Origin: Phoronis australis
Taxonomy: Eukaryota > Animalia > Phoronida
Length of the DNA stretch: 64,000 nt
Assembly (NCBI GenBank): GCA_002633005.1
Contig: NMRA01000694.1
Location: forward strand, 62,001-126,000
Direction: 5' to 3'
In this document: one piece after another, positions 25,993 to 38,864 of the stretch
Layout of the letters: each line of letters opens with the position of its first letter
Position numbering within the stretch: position 1 is the first letter of the stretch
Program-made: the position numbers and the translations under genes
Notes under the pieces: model-generated
Seen by the model: the letters and a program-made list of their open reading frames with translations, nothing else
Databases searched by the model: none
Told to the model about the DNA's origin: nothing

Positions 25993-27912
25993 ACAGTCAT
26001 GAGACCACAATCTCCACTTCCTGAGCTTTCACCTTCAACTGTGCAGGATACTTACCTTGCATGATGCAGTCTTGCTGGCCCACTCTTGAGTTACAGTTTC
26101 CCAGCAGACTTGCTTCGAGATACTGGAACTGAAGTACTGTATTTTTACTTCGCGTATTTTTTTTGCCAAGTACGTTAATTGGGCTGACATCATTTTTATG
26201 CACCCACATATTGGGTGCTTATTGCCGTCATCTCTTCTGGGCATCAGGGCGTCTGGAATCTGCGGCTCTATCTCCTGAACCCATTGAAGGATCTGATTGA
26301 AATTTGGCACTATGTTCCTATTTGTTGACGACAGAGTGCGACGAGTTTCGGACTGGCCGAATACTGCTGTGGCCCACAGTGGCAATTTTATTTTTTTACG
26401 TTTGCCTCTGTATCTTCAAAGGTCCCCAACCGATTTTCATGAAATTTGACACATAGACATCTATTAATGAGGTGACTCTATCCTCCTGTTTTTGGATGGA
26501 TTCGAGGCCTTTTGCGCCATCTAATAATGACTGTCCGATGACTTTTACTACTGTGGCACCTCTTAGTGGTAGTTTTTTTTTTTTGAGCCCATGGCGATAT
26601 CTCTTAAACCGTTTGCAGAATCTTTACTAAATTTAGCAAGTGTTGTATATGATGTTGATAACGGACGATGATAACTTTTGGACGAATCTGACTACCGGTG
26701 TACCCCCTAATGTCAATTTAATTTTTTTGTTTACCTCTGTAATTTAAGATCATCAACAGATACAAAATTTTTCATATAAGAATGTATTGGTGAGATAACG
26801 CTGTTCTCCGGTTTTCGTATGGATTTGAGGTTGCACCACGTAGTGGCCATTTTTGCTGTTTTCGAGTCTGTTTTTTAGCATCCACCCCTCTATCAGCCAA
26901 ACCATTCTAAGGAACATGGTTTTGAACGTTGGTGTGTATGTTCTAAGTGATGATTCGACTACTGTGNACAGTCATGAGAACACAATCTTCACTTCCTGAG
27001 CTTTCACCTTCAACTGTGCAGGATACTTACCTTGCATGATGCAGTCTTGCTGGCCCACTCTTGAGTTACAGTTTCCCAGCAGACTTGTTTTGAGATACTG
27101 GAACTGAAGTACTGTATTTTTACTTCGCGTAATTTTTTTGCCAAGTACGTTAATTGCGCTGACATCATTTTTATGTGCCCACATATTGGGTGCTTATTGC
27201 CGTCATCTCTTCTGGGCTTCAGGGTGTCTGGAATCTGCGGCTCTATCTCCTGAACCCATTGAAGGATCTGATTGAAATTTGGCACTATGTTCCTATTTGT
27301 TGACGACAGAGTGCGACGAGTTTCGGACTGGCCAAATACTGCTGTGGCCCACAGTGGCAATTTTAATTTTTTACATTTACCTCTGTATCTTCAAAGGTCC
27401 TCAACCGATTTTCATGAAATTTGACACATAGACATCTATTAATGAGGTGACTCTATCCTCCTGTTTTTGGATGGATTCGAGGCATTTTGCGACTTTGACT
27501 ACTGTGGCACCTCTTAGTGGCAGTTTTGTTTTTTTTTGAGCCCATGGCGATATCTCTTAAACCGTTTGCAGAATCTACTAAATTTAGAAAGTGTTGTATA
27601 TGATGTTGATAACGGACGATGATAACTTTTGGACGAATCTGACTACCGGTGTACCCCCTAGTGTCAATTTTTTTGTTTACCTCTGTATTTTAAGATCGTC
27701 AACAGATACAAAATTTTTCATATAAGAATGTATTGGTGAGATAACGCTGTTCTCCGGTTTTCGTATGGATTTGAGGTTGCACCACGTAGTGGCCATTTTT
27801 GCTGTTTTCGAGTCTGTTTTTTAGCATCCACCCCTCTATCAGCCAAACCATTCTAAGGAACATGGTTTTGAACGTTGGTGTGTATGTTCTAAGTGATGAT
27901 TCGACTACTGTG
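25993..27912. repeat. ~950-bp tandem duplication joined at a single N (probable uncollapsed haplotypes)
   Basis: 25993-26966 is nearly identical to 26968-27912; the junction falls exactly at N26967. Confidence 0.85.
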
Positions 27913-30615
27913 GCGCCACCTAGTGGTAGTTAATTAACGAGGTGGCATCATCCTCCTGTTTTTGGATGGATTCGGTGCATTTTGCGCCATCTAGTTGTCA
28001 TTTGTACGATTTTCAAGTCCGTTTTTAGCGTCCCCACTCTATCAACCAAACCACTCTAAGGATGATTTTGAAAACTGGTAGATATGTTCTTTGAAGAGGA
28101 TGGTTGACAATGATTTTGTGATAACTTCGACTGTGGCACCTCCTATTGGTAGTTTTATTTGTTGTTGTACCCATTGCTGTATCTCCTTTAGGATCTTCAT
28201 TAAATGTTGCAGATGTATTTATATGAAGTTGATAACAATCGACGATGACTTTCGGACAGATCAGACTACGAGTGTGCACCTTAGTGGCAATTTTATTATG
28301 TACCCACATATTTATGTGTGGATGTATTATGCGGTCATCTGCGTCCGTCTGTCCATCCGGCGTCCGTCTGTCCATGCGGCGTCCGACCGGCAAACCCTCC
28401 GTCCAGGTTCCGGCCTCCACTATCTCCAAAACCTTCATGTATGTTCATGAAATTTTGCACGTGTTCCTTTCATGAATAAGACGGCATGAGTGAACCTTGG
28501 GTTGCATCCGACCACTGGTATGCCCCCTAGTGACAATTTTAGTTTTTTTGCATTTACCAGTCCGTATTTTCAAAGATATTCAACATATTTCCATAACATT
28601 TGGTATATAGGCACGAATTAGTGAGATGACGCCATTCTCTCGTTTTTGGGTGGATTTGGCGTTGCTTGCACCACCTAGTGGCCATTTTTACTATTTTTGA
28701 GTCTTATTTTTTGGCATCCACCCCTCTATCAATCAAACTGCTCTAAGGATGATTGTGAAAATTCGCATATACGTTGTTCCTACGAAGAAGACGGCTGATG
28801 ATGATTTTCGGACGATTTTGAGAATTGTGGCTCCTCCTAGTGGCAGTTTTGTTTTTTTGTGCCTATGTCTATATCTCCTTAACGGATTGTAGGATCTTTA
28901 CTTAATTTAGCGAGTGTATTTATATGATTTTGACAATGAATGACAAGGACTTTCAGGTGGATCTGACTACTGGTGTGCCCCCTAGTGTCAATTTTAGTTT
29001 TTTACATTTGCATCTTTATCTTCAGAGGTTTTCAATGTATTTTCGTAGGCATCTATTAATGAGATGATGCTATCCTGCCATTTTCAGATGGATTTGACAT
29101 AGTTTGTGCTACCCCGTGGCTATTTCTAGTTTTCTCGAGTACACACCTATATCAACCAAACTTTTAAGAGGATAATTGTGAAAATTGACATGTATGTTGT
29201 CACTATGAAGTGAACTCGTGACGATGACTTTCCCCACAACTTCAACTACTGTGGCACCTGTTTGTGGCATTTTTTTTCTGCGCCTATGGTGATATTTCTT
29301 AAACTGTTTGTAGAATCTTTGCTAAATTTAGCAGGTGTATTTATGTGATGTTGATAATGAACGATGATGACTTTTGGATGGATCTGACTACCGGTATGCC
29401 CCCTAGTGGCAATTTTATTATTTTGTGTTTATTTTTGTATCTTCAACGATCTTCAACGGATATTTACAGAATTTTGAATATAAAAATGTTTTGATGAGAT
29501 GACGCTGTTCTCCTGTTTTTATGGATTTGAGGTATATTGCAGAACCTAGTGGCCATTTTTGCTGTTTTGGAGTCTGTTTTTTAGCATCCACCCCTCTTAA
29601 GCCTAACCATTCTAAGGAATGGTTTTGAAGATTGGTGTACATGTTCTCAGTGATTTCGATTACTGTGGTGCTTCCTAGTGGTAGTTAATTAATGAGGTGA
29701 CGCTGTCGTCAGATGGATTCTAGGTTTTTTGCTCAACTTAGTAGCCATTTTTATTGTTTTCGAGTCCTTTATATGCCGTCTGTCCCTCCATCAACCAAAC
29801 CACTCTATGTATGATTGTAAAAACTGACATGTATCTTCTTACTATGAAGAGGATGATTGACAATGATTTCTTGACGACTTTGGCAACTGTTGCACCTCCT
29901 AGTGGCAGTTTTGTTTGTTTTTGCCACCATGGCTGTATATCCTAAATGCTCTGCTGGTTCTTTACGAAATGTAGTAAATGTATTTAGATGAAGTTGACAA
30001 AGGACGACGACCACTTTTGGACAAATCGGTGTACTGGTTTGCGCACTAGTGACAATTTTATTTTTTACGTTTACACCTGTATCTTCGAAGGACCTGTATG
30101 GATTTCTATAACATTTGGCACATAGTCATCTATTAATGAGGTGAAGTTGTCCTCGTGTTTTCGGATGGATTCTAGGCTTTTTGCGCCTCTTAATGACAAT
30201 TTTTATTGTTTTCGAATCTGTTTTTTGGCGTCTGTCCCTCCGTCAACCAAACCACTCTAAGGATGGTTGTGAAAATTGTCATGTATGTTGTTACTGTGAA
30301 GAGGACAATTGGCAATGATATTCTGACAACTTCAACTACTGTGGCGCTTCCTAGTTGGCATTTTTTTACGCCCGTATCTCCTAAGAACTCTGCAGGAACT
30401 GATGGAAAACGACGACTTTCATACCGATCTGACAAACACTGTACGCAGCCTAGTAGCAATTTCATTTTTTCCGTTTTTTCCTGTTTCTCTAAAAGTTCCT
30501 TCATGAATTTTCATTAAATTTGGTAAATTGGTTTCTTTTAAAAAAACTGTGACAATTTCCAGTTTTTAGATGGATTCGACATATTTAGCACAATCTAGTG
30601 GCCATTTTTACATTT
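26193..30615 (+). mobile_element. HINE/Helentron-like (DINE-1/pearl-type) elements with long tandem core-repeat arrays
   Basis: Heads at ~26193, ~27168 and ~28292 begin in a T-run with a short hairpin (ATGYACCCACATA...TGGRTG). The 28292 head has a GTCC-like microsatellite. These are followed by recurring units containing CCTAGTGGC, GAAATTTG and GGATGGATTC. Confidence 0.7.
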
Positions 30616-30659
30616 TTCATGTGTTGAACCATTTGCTTTGAAATTTTTCATGTGGTAAT

Positions 30660-31850
30660 ATTCTGTGACCAGCTGTTACCAAGTGCTCCTTAACTGCCCC
30701 AAAAAGAACGCAAATTGCTGATCTTGCGAGGATTCTGTGTCTCATTATATTCTGGTCTTTCAGAACAGACGCAGCGTACTTGTCAACGGGATTATTTCCT
30801 GTTCTCAACAGGAATCCAAGTTTCTTTTTACACGTGGAAATATCGAATCAAAGACTAAAAAAACTTGACCAGTGTTAAAAGCACATGGCCAGGAAGCTTG
30901 CGCTACATACGTTTACCTGTCATCAAAAATATTAGTCAGGAACTATCCATTCATGAAACGGGTAGCATAGCATTGGCAAGAAATAAATATTGGCACTAAT
31001 TTCCGACAGTTTTTATACCATAACAAGATTATGCATTATTTTTGTAAGAGGTATTTGGTTAATTATAATTGGTGTTTTTAAAGCCAAAATAAAATGACCT
31101 CTGACAGTGAATGCTTTCACACCTATACACTGAAAAATAATTATCAGGCAGTCACGCCCGCAACCAGCCACATTGTGCCTAATATGGGCCTTACTGAGAC
31201 AATTGTCGAACCTTTTTTAGCAGATGAGACTAGCAAGTCCTGAATGAAGGACGTTCTACTTTTTAATGCTTGTGCTAATTTCACGCGCTCGCTTACATAC
31301 GCAGACGAGCTTCAAAACAAACGTCACATGACAACGTGTGTTCGTCCAAAATTTTTTCTCGTCTGCGGGTTGGCCTATGATCATACATTAGATGGCACGA
31401 TCTATCACAGATTTGGACGTAACCTCCCGTTAATCCTGACTCCACGGGAATTTAAGGATCTTAGGGACGGTATCTTGAAAACTGAAGGAGGATTTCAGGT
31501 AATTTGCGATGTAATGACTAGAGTTGAAACGGTATTTTTATTCAAGCGTTCAAGTTGCCATATCGACGATTGCGAGGCAGTCAGCCAGTGAGTTTTCGCC
31601 CCGGGATTTCAGCACAATATTTTTGTAAAATGATAGTAATTTAACAGCAAATTTTGATAGCAATGCACCTAAATTTTGTATAAAGTCTGCCATAGGTTAC
31701 AGATATGCCACAGACTGTAAATATGAATCTTAGCTTCTGATCAATCACCCGTTTCGGAGACAGGGTTTCAACCGCGTTGGGTTACAGTAAGTGCCCCACT
31801 GAAGCAAATTTTTCTAAGCGCCCTCAGAGCGGTTATTAGGGTGAATACGG
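30660..31850 (+). mobile_element. Tc2/pogo-like non-autonomous element (left end not found)
   Basis: Right terminus TTATTAGGGTGAATACGG followed by TA; body colinear with 35000-35841. Confidence 0.65.
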
Positions 31851-32452
31851 TATTTAAATTATATTGTTAAGAAATGCAAATTTTGTGGAATTTTGTGAAA
31901 CTACTCTTTTTGTTGAGGTTTTGAACTCGCTTTCAGAGGATTTTCTATTTTTCGCTTAAGGAGGTCTCCTTTTCGAATTACTTGGGATTTTCTGATGACG
32001 CTGTTCCCTTGTTGACTGATTTTTGCTGCACTTTTGTTGGTTTACCTTGTATTGAACATGACTATATTTCTTACTCATATCTGACACCTTTATTTGTCTT
32101 ATGAGTGTTTTCATCATGTTCGTCATTGCCACCATCACCATCATTGCCATCATCTTCAATCAATTAATTTCGTCAGTTCGGTTGATCATCTGAGCACTCT
32201 CGCTTTTTAATCGATGATTTTGACACCAGATCATGGCAACCTTGGATTGGCGCTAAGCTAAACATTGAGCACTGAACTTTGTTCATTAAGCAATGTTTTT
32301 CTATTTCAGAAATGTGGTAGTGGCATGGCTATTGTTAAATACATGGCTGTATTGGAAATGTTCTGCAGCCACACTTCTGCTTTTATGTGATGTTGACTAT
32401 TGACTCAGAAATGTACTTAATGGCTGTTTATTTGTTTGATTTGATGTTGTAG

Positions 32453-32518
32453 GCTGTGGCGTTGTGAAAGATGTGGATATGTGGAGGAAACCCTCAAGAG
32501 AAAATTGCTTGGAAAGAA
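32453..32518 (+). CDS. Candidate 66-nt phase-2 micro-exon (LWRCERCGYVEETLKRKLLGK)
   Basis: Acceptor TTGATGTTGTAG, donor GTATGT, open frame, CxxCG motif; paralogous flanks at 52 and 60 kb. Confidence 0.4.
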
Positions 32519-34280
32519 GTATGTATTTAAATACTTCCTTTGTCTCATTCGCTATCAATTGCTTTACTGGCTGCCAATTGAACATATCTGAATTGATGGT
32601 GCTAACACAGCAGCACTGTCTTGGTTAAAAACAGATTTGTTCAAACTGGTTGATCAACCCTAAAATTTAACCAGTATATGCATTTGTTAAAGTGAATTTT
32701 GTTATCCACAACGAAGGTACATGTGAACTTTCTCTTAAAGATAATAAAAGCACTTTTTAGCTCTTCAACTATCAATGACCTCACGAAAAATATCTTTTCA
32801 TTCAAAACTTCTTGACTTAGTTGATAACCGTGGGAGTATTTCACATTCTAATATGAGCACATATGTGTTTCTTAATGTTTCTTCCGAAAAAATATGTACA
32901 AAAAGTAGTGTGGAGCCCAGGAAGCATTATATTTTGCCCTCTGTGTGTTGATGAATACACACAATTTATGTAGTATTGCATTTAAGTATATACATAAATG
33001 CCCCAGGAATTTGAGAAATACATACGAAACTTTCATTATTAAGAAAAGGATGTAAATATAGAAGTATGATATAATATTTTGTCGCTGTTAGACTCCTTAT
33101 TTACATTGTTGGAGTGTTTGAAAAGCTCTGCTCTTTGATCTTTATTGTGCAATCAAAGAAATTGTTGTCAAATGTCTGGTGTCTCTACAGCAACACTATT
33201 GTGAAATGTCTCTAAAATGTGTGTTCACATTAATTTACAAACACAGCGAGCTTAGGACACCTCAGATAATCCAGCGGTGTGGTCCAGTTGCATTGGGTCC
33301 CGCAATAGTTTGTTAGCCCAGGTTTTACCCACGTAGCATTGTCACGCCTCTTTTTGAAACTGACATTAGAATGCTTCTGATTTATCAATTTGCTTTATCC
33401 AACTAATGCCCTACTTATATGATGTTATTTGCGTTCAGACAGATATTCATTATGTTAAGTGACTTGTTCCACCACGTAGCAACAGTTTCTCATAAGCTCA
33501 GCTGTAGGGCGTCTTAGTACGTCGTTAATATAGAGAGAATAAACATCAAACAAAGTTGGCAGTCAGTACCCCGTCAATTCCCCTGGAATACGTAATCAAG
33601 TCTTTTTTTATTTGAATTAACACTTATCTATTTAATTTTAAATTTATTGATATCGAGACGCAAAATGACAGCTTCTGGTGATCATTTATTTGTGAAAGTG
33701 TTGCATTGCATGTTGGTAACATACTGAGATATTGTGCATCTTTTCCAGTTAGGCATGGAAATATGTTGCAAACAATTTGTCCTGTCAGCACGCCATCTTT
33801 TTGGTCACATCACATGACCTAATGACTATATGTCCGAAAATATCCCCCCCCCCCGACCATGTTGTGAACACATCCACTACCACAAGAAACTGTAGGAACA
33901 CCCCATTTATTCACCTTCACTCTTATCAGGCTTCTATTGTGAGTCAGCATGCGTGAATAATTGGCTGATAAGCCACTGGAACTACTTTTGGCTGAATGGA
34001 TGACCAGGCCATAAAACGATAATTAGCCAAGACCAGTAAAATAATGCAACAAAGAATAATGTGGTAGCATCACCTAGCCTTGGTGGAAAGCTGTATACTG
34101 TATTCAATTTGGCTCTTATTCATCTATTTCACGAAAGCGCCATCTTCCCGCGCCATCTTTAAATACTGATCGAAAACGAGGCACACTGATAAAACCTCGT
34201 GAGTGATCATCAGCTGGCCATGGTGTACTGTGCAGTGCCTGAACGTACCAATTCCAGTAATATCTCGTCGGTATCCTTCC

Positions 34281-36031
34281 CAGGGATATACTTAGCCACT
34301 CGCCCAGTCGCCAATGCGAGTAAAAATGGTGCTGGGCGAGTAGAAGTTGACTTGCCGGTCGCCTGGTGGCGAGCGAATTTCAGAGCGCAAAAGCACTATG
34401 TATCGTTTCCCAGATGAATATGAATAATTTTCCTCCTCCTTGTGCTGTTTTTATCATGAATTTAAGGTTCAGTTTGGTCATCGTGTCGATGCTCCGGCTG
34501 TAAAAAACATCGGCGCAGTGCGACCCTACCGATTCAGTACATGTCACCCGTTACGCGATTCGTCAAAAAACACAGTGTGTGGTCGTGCACAAAGAATTTG
34601 TGGACCAGTCCGAAACGAAGAAAAGGGGAGAACGGTGGAAGACCGGTCCATGTGCTCATAGCAAATAAAATACCACATTTCTTGGAACTGATTTCTTATT
34701 GTAATGTACAATGTCATTTTAGCCAAAATTATTTTTATAACATTCGTCCTAATAAGCGCCCATGCCCCTATAAGCGTCCCCACTCGTTTTCAGACTTCGC
34801 TAAAATAAGCGCCCAGTCCACGAATGTGTATATATCAGTGCGAAAAATGTCTTACCTCACAGTTCTAAAATTCTACAGTAAATGTATTCAATTTATCAAT
34901 AATATCCGACAGTTCTGAAAAATCATTGCTCGCGTAATTTCTAGTTGACCACGAGCCTCGCGGCTATGTCAGTATTTAGCCATGGCTGTACACTTCAAAC
35001 CATTCCGCAGTGCTTCAAAAAGAACGCAAAAGATTTGCTGATCTCACCTTGCGAGGAAAGTGTCACACTACATGGTCTGGCCCTGATCAGAACAGACGCA
35101 GCGTACTCAGGTCAATGGGATTGGTATTGTATCTTTCCCGTACAGATCTTCTCCCACAACAGGAATCCAGATTGTTTTGGGTACACGAAAAATTATAAAA
35201 ACCGCGAAGCGAAACTTGGCCAAGAAGCGCGCGCTAGGACCCACATATAACATGTGGGCCTGCTCAATGAGGTAAATATACTACATTATACAGCTCATTG
35301 GGCCTGCTACTCTGGCAAATGAACACTGATGACACGCACGCGCTCGCTCACTCGGTGCACACCAGCCGATTCACTTCAATACAAACGTAACGTGACAACA
35401 ACATGTGTGTTCGTCCAGATTTTTCTCGTTGCGGGGTGCGATCTAGCGCAGATTTTGACTTAATCTGCGGTTAATCCCAACTCCGAGTCCACAGGAACTT
35501 AGGAAAGGCTATTTGGGAGGATTTCAGGTAATTTGAGTCGAAACTATTTTTACTCAAGAATGCAAGTTGTCCTATCGACGATCGCGAAGCAGCGACGCAT
35601 CAGTCGGCAAGTTTTCGCCCTGGGATTTCAGCACATTTTTTTAAAAAGATCGTAATTTAACAAAAGAGTTTGATAGCAATGCACCACAGTTTTGTAGCTA
35701 GTCTGTCATAGGTTACACATACGTCACAGCGCGTAAATTTGATGAATCCTAGCTTCCGATTTCACCCGTTTCGGAGACCAGGTTTTAACGGCCGTAGGCT
35801 ACAAAAAGAGTCCCCCTGGGCGCTTATTAGAGCGAATACGGTAGCCCTAATAGATGGTGACATCAGTGCACGAAACGATGATTTTTATTTAAATTAGCAA
35901 CAAGTTTGTGGTGACTGGCGCCAACGGCCGGGTGACCGAACTTCGGGCATGGCGAGTAGATTTTCTGGCTCCGGCACTCGCCCAGCTGGCGAGCAGAGTT
36001 TTTCAAGACTAAAAGTCTGGGTATATCCCTG
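34281..36031. mobile_element. hAT6-like non-autonomous element
   Basis: TIR CAGGGATATAC / GTATATCCCTG, subterminal CTCGCC/GGCGAG repeats, 6-bp flanks CCTTCC / ACTTCC. Confidence 0.78.
34738..35841 (+). mobile_element. Tc2/pogo-like non-autonomous element nested in the hAT6-like element
   Basis: Termini ATTCGTCCTAATAAGCGCCC / GGGCGCTTATTAGAGCGAATACGG with TA flanks; CCGTA-type terminus. Confidence 0.72.
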
Positions 36032-37861
36032 ACTTCCACACTTTTTCAAAAGAGGGAAAACTACTAAGGAATGGCTGAGGAGGGTAAAAGTCTAGTTACC
36101 ATAAGTATTGGTATGTTTTTGGAGATCGATTCAACATCAGACAACTTGATTTTTGGTAACGTTGATAAGTCTTTTGACCACAACACCTTGCAGGACGATG
36201 CCATGTTTGTCAAGGCGCCTCGTTTTTGATCAACACGACAGCAGCGCCCCGCGTTCGTGAAAGAGGTGAATAAAACTTAGAATAATTCATTTCACAGGGA
36301 GGGGACGCTTATTGTAGCCTACGGCAGTTGAAACCCGGTTTCCCAAACGGGTAAAATCGGAAGCTAGGATCCATCAAATTTACGCTCTGTGACGTATTTG
36401 TAGCCTATGACAGTCTTTCTACAAAATTGTGGTGCACTGCTATCAACTTCTGTTGTTAAATTACGATAATTTTTCAAAAAATTGTGCTCATCACAGGGCG
36501 AAAACTTGCCGACTGATGCGTCGCTGAATCGCGATCGTCAATAGGAAAATTGAAGTCTTGAATAAAAATATAGTTTCGACTCAACAAATTTCCTGAAATC
36601 TTCCTTATGTTTTACAATTTCTAAAGTTCATGTGGAGTCCAGATTAATTGCGATTAAGTGCAAATCTGCGCTACATCATACCCCACAACACGAGAAAAAT
36701 CTCTGGATGAACACACATGTTGTTATCATGTGACGTTTGTTTTGAAGTTCGTCTGCGTATGAGAGTGAGTGAGCGTGCCTGTGCGGGTCATCGACGACAG
36801 ACTTTTTCGTTACAAAAGGCGGAGGATTATGCAACAAAATGGCGTTTACTAGATTGTTTTTCACTTAAACGGCTGCAACGTGCAAGGTGAGTGCTGGTTA
36901 ACTCACAGATTTTGTGTGCACAGGCTGACGGTTGTTAGCTCTACCGTGGAGTATTAATAGTGACTCCATTTAAAAACCAACAGGTAGAGTCTATACACAA
37001 CATCACAGATTTTTGAAACTTAGCACATGAGTTTGGTTTGTTGAGATGTATAAAAACCTCACTTTTTAAGAAATTTCATTCATTTTTTTTTCTTTTTATG
37101 ACCCGTACCTCCATTTTGCAACAAAATTGGGCGTCGAAGTAGGCATGTTTGAATGCATTTTACTAGCATGTGTGGTAAGGTCAAAACAAATGAACAATAC
37201 GAATTGAAAGGTCAATGGCTGAATACTTTAATGGCATAACTTTCAAATTCCTTTTTAAATTTGTACGTTTTGAATTTGTGAGTCAAAAAAGGCCATTTTT
37301 CAAGTTTTCACTGAAGCCATTTTTGGCCAAATTTGGCACTCTGTAGCAGCCATAACGCACCTTTCCAATAATTTGTTCATTCACTCCTAACCTGTTCATA
37401 ATCTAAAATAAAAAACCTTGCCTCTAATGTAGTTTTTGCGTACGAAGCATTACACGAACTGCACTTCGTCCTTTTGCATGTTCTCAGTTGCCTCTGCTAC
37501 CAATAGGGGGCTCCTGGAACATACTACTTAGCTTGTGAAACACGACATAAAAACCTTTGTATTTTGGAGAAAAGGCAGACAGCATTATTAATTACCCTTC
37601 TCTGAAAACGGCATTGATGATTATTGCTTATTAAAAAAAATATGTATGTAAATCAACTGGCATGCGTGCTTCTAAATGATAGATGGCGCTGCTTTTGTTT
37701 ACGTGGAGACTGAAGACGCATCTAGAATAAGAACAGTAACACGAGAGGACCTTGCTATAATTCAAGACTTCGCGAGATATTGCCCTGCATTTTAAATGAG
37801 AACACGTGGTTTTGGACAAATTTTAGAGAGGTTCTAGTGTTACTGAACTCACCCCTGCCTT

Positions 37862-38235
37862 NNNNNNNNNNNNNNNNNNNNNNNNNNNNNNNNNNNNNNN
37901 NNNNNNNNNNNNNNNNNNNNNNNNNNNNNNNNNNNNNNNNNNNNNNNNNNNNNNNNNNNNNNNNNNNNNNNNNNNNNNNNNNNNNNNNNNNNNNNNNNNN
38001 NNNNNNNNNNNNNNNNNNNNNNNNNNNNNNNNNNNNNNNNNNNNNNNNNNNNNNNNNNNNNNNNNNNNNNNNNNNNNNNNNNNNNNNNNNNNNNNNNNNN
38101 NNNNNNNNNNNNNNNNNNNNNNNNNNNNNNNNNNNNNNNNNNNNNNNNNNNNNNNNNNNNNNNNNNNNNNNNNNNNNNNNNNNNNNNNNNNNNNNNNNNN
38201 NNNNNNNNNNNNNNNNNNNNNNNNNNNNNNNNNNN
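37862..38235. other. Assembly gap
   Basis: Run of N. Confidence 1.
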
Positions 38236-38251
38236 NTACATGGAATGATTT

Positions 38252-38864
38252 CTACACGCGAATTCCTTGGGTGGAATAGTGGGAATTTGGGAATGTTGTT
38301 ATACCAGGAACTGAGTATTTTGGAAAAGACTTAGTTGCATTGACTGAACATGCATACACATAACATCCCTTCACAAGGCCACTGGAAAGTAATGCTACTT
38401 TTAAATCCAGAAAGTTTATGATATTGTTACCTTCAGCTACAAAGTACTTCGCATGTTGTTTGATTGGAGCGATCTTGCGATCATAGAGATCCTTTCCATT
38501 CTGACTTTCACTAAAATCATATCTCGAAACAGAAATGCCGGTAGAATTTGACAAGGCTGCTACGTTCAGGAGGAGAGGAGCAGAGTGGTAACATCCAGCA
38601 TTGCCTGACTCTTCATGACTGGTCCTGTTCAGGCAGAAATACACCGACTAGGGGTAGTACGAGTCCGTACTCTGGCACAGGCTTTGCTTTGTGAGCTACT
38701 TTCCTGTATCTCAAATGTTCAGTGATGTCTTTGACATAACTCACTAAAGCACAAAGCTGTTGTGATTGGATTTTTTGCTGAATAAACTCTAAAGGAACAT
38801 GAAGGCCCATCGACATCGTCTGCCATTTTGTCTTTTTAAAATGCACTAGTCTTGCTTCTCTCAA
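38252..38864 (-). pseudogene. Sola3-type DDE transposase fragment
   Basis: SGNAGCYH...YDFSESQNGKDLYDRKIAPIKQH..YFVAEGNNI resembles the SDNAGCYH / FSE-Q-GK--CDR motifs; the reading frame is broken. Confidence 0.7.

Larger units (their letters stand above)
34220..36090 (+). pseudogene. THAP-domain N-terminus split by a hAT6-like insertion
   Basis: Removing 34281-36037 gives MVYCAVPERTNSSNISSVSFHTFSKEGKLL/KEWLRRVK, matching the THAP pattern MxxCxVxxCxN...SFHxFP...W. Confidence 0.65.

Noticed and set aside
25993-27912. Apparent tandem gene pair (duplicate 116-aa and 70-aa ORFs); likewise 42066-45825
   Set aside because: Both duplications break exactly at a single N and differ by only a few percent, which is typical of uncollapsed alleles; the ORFs lie in repeat sequence.
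26193-30615. Regularly spaced conserved motif resembling a CRISPR array
   Set aside because: The spacers are homologous to each other, the repeats are degenerate, there are no cas genes, and the context is eukaryotic.
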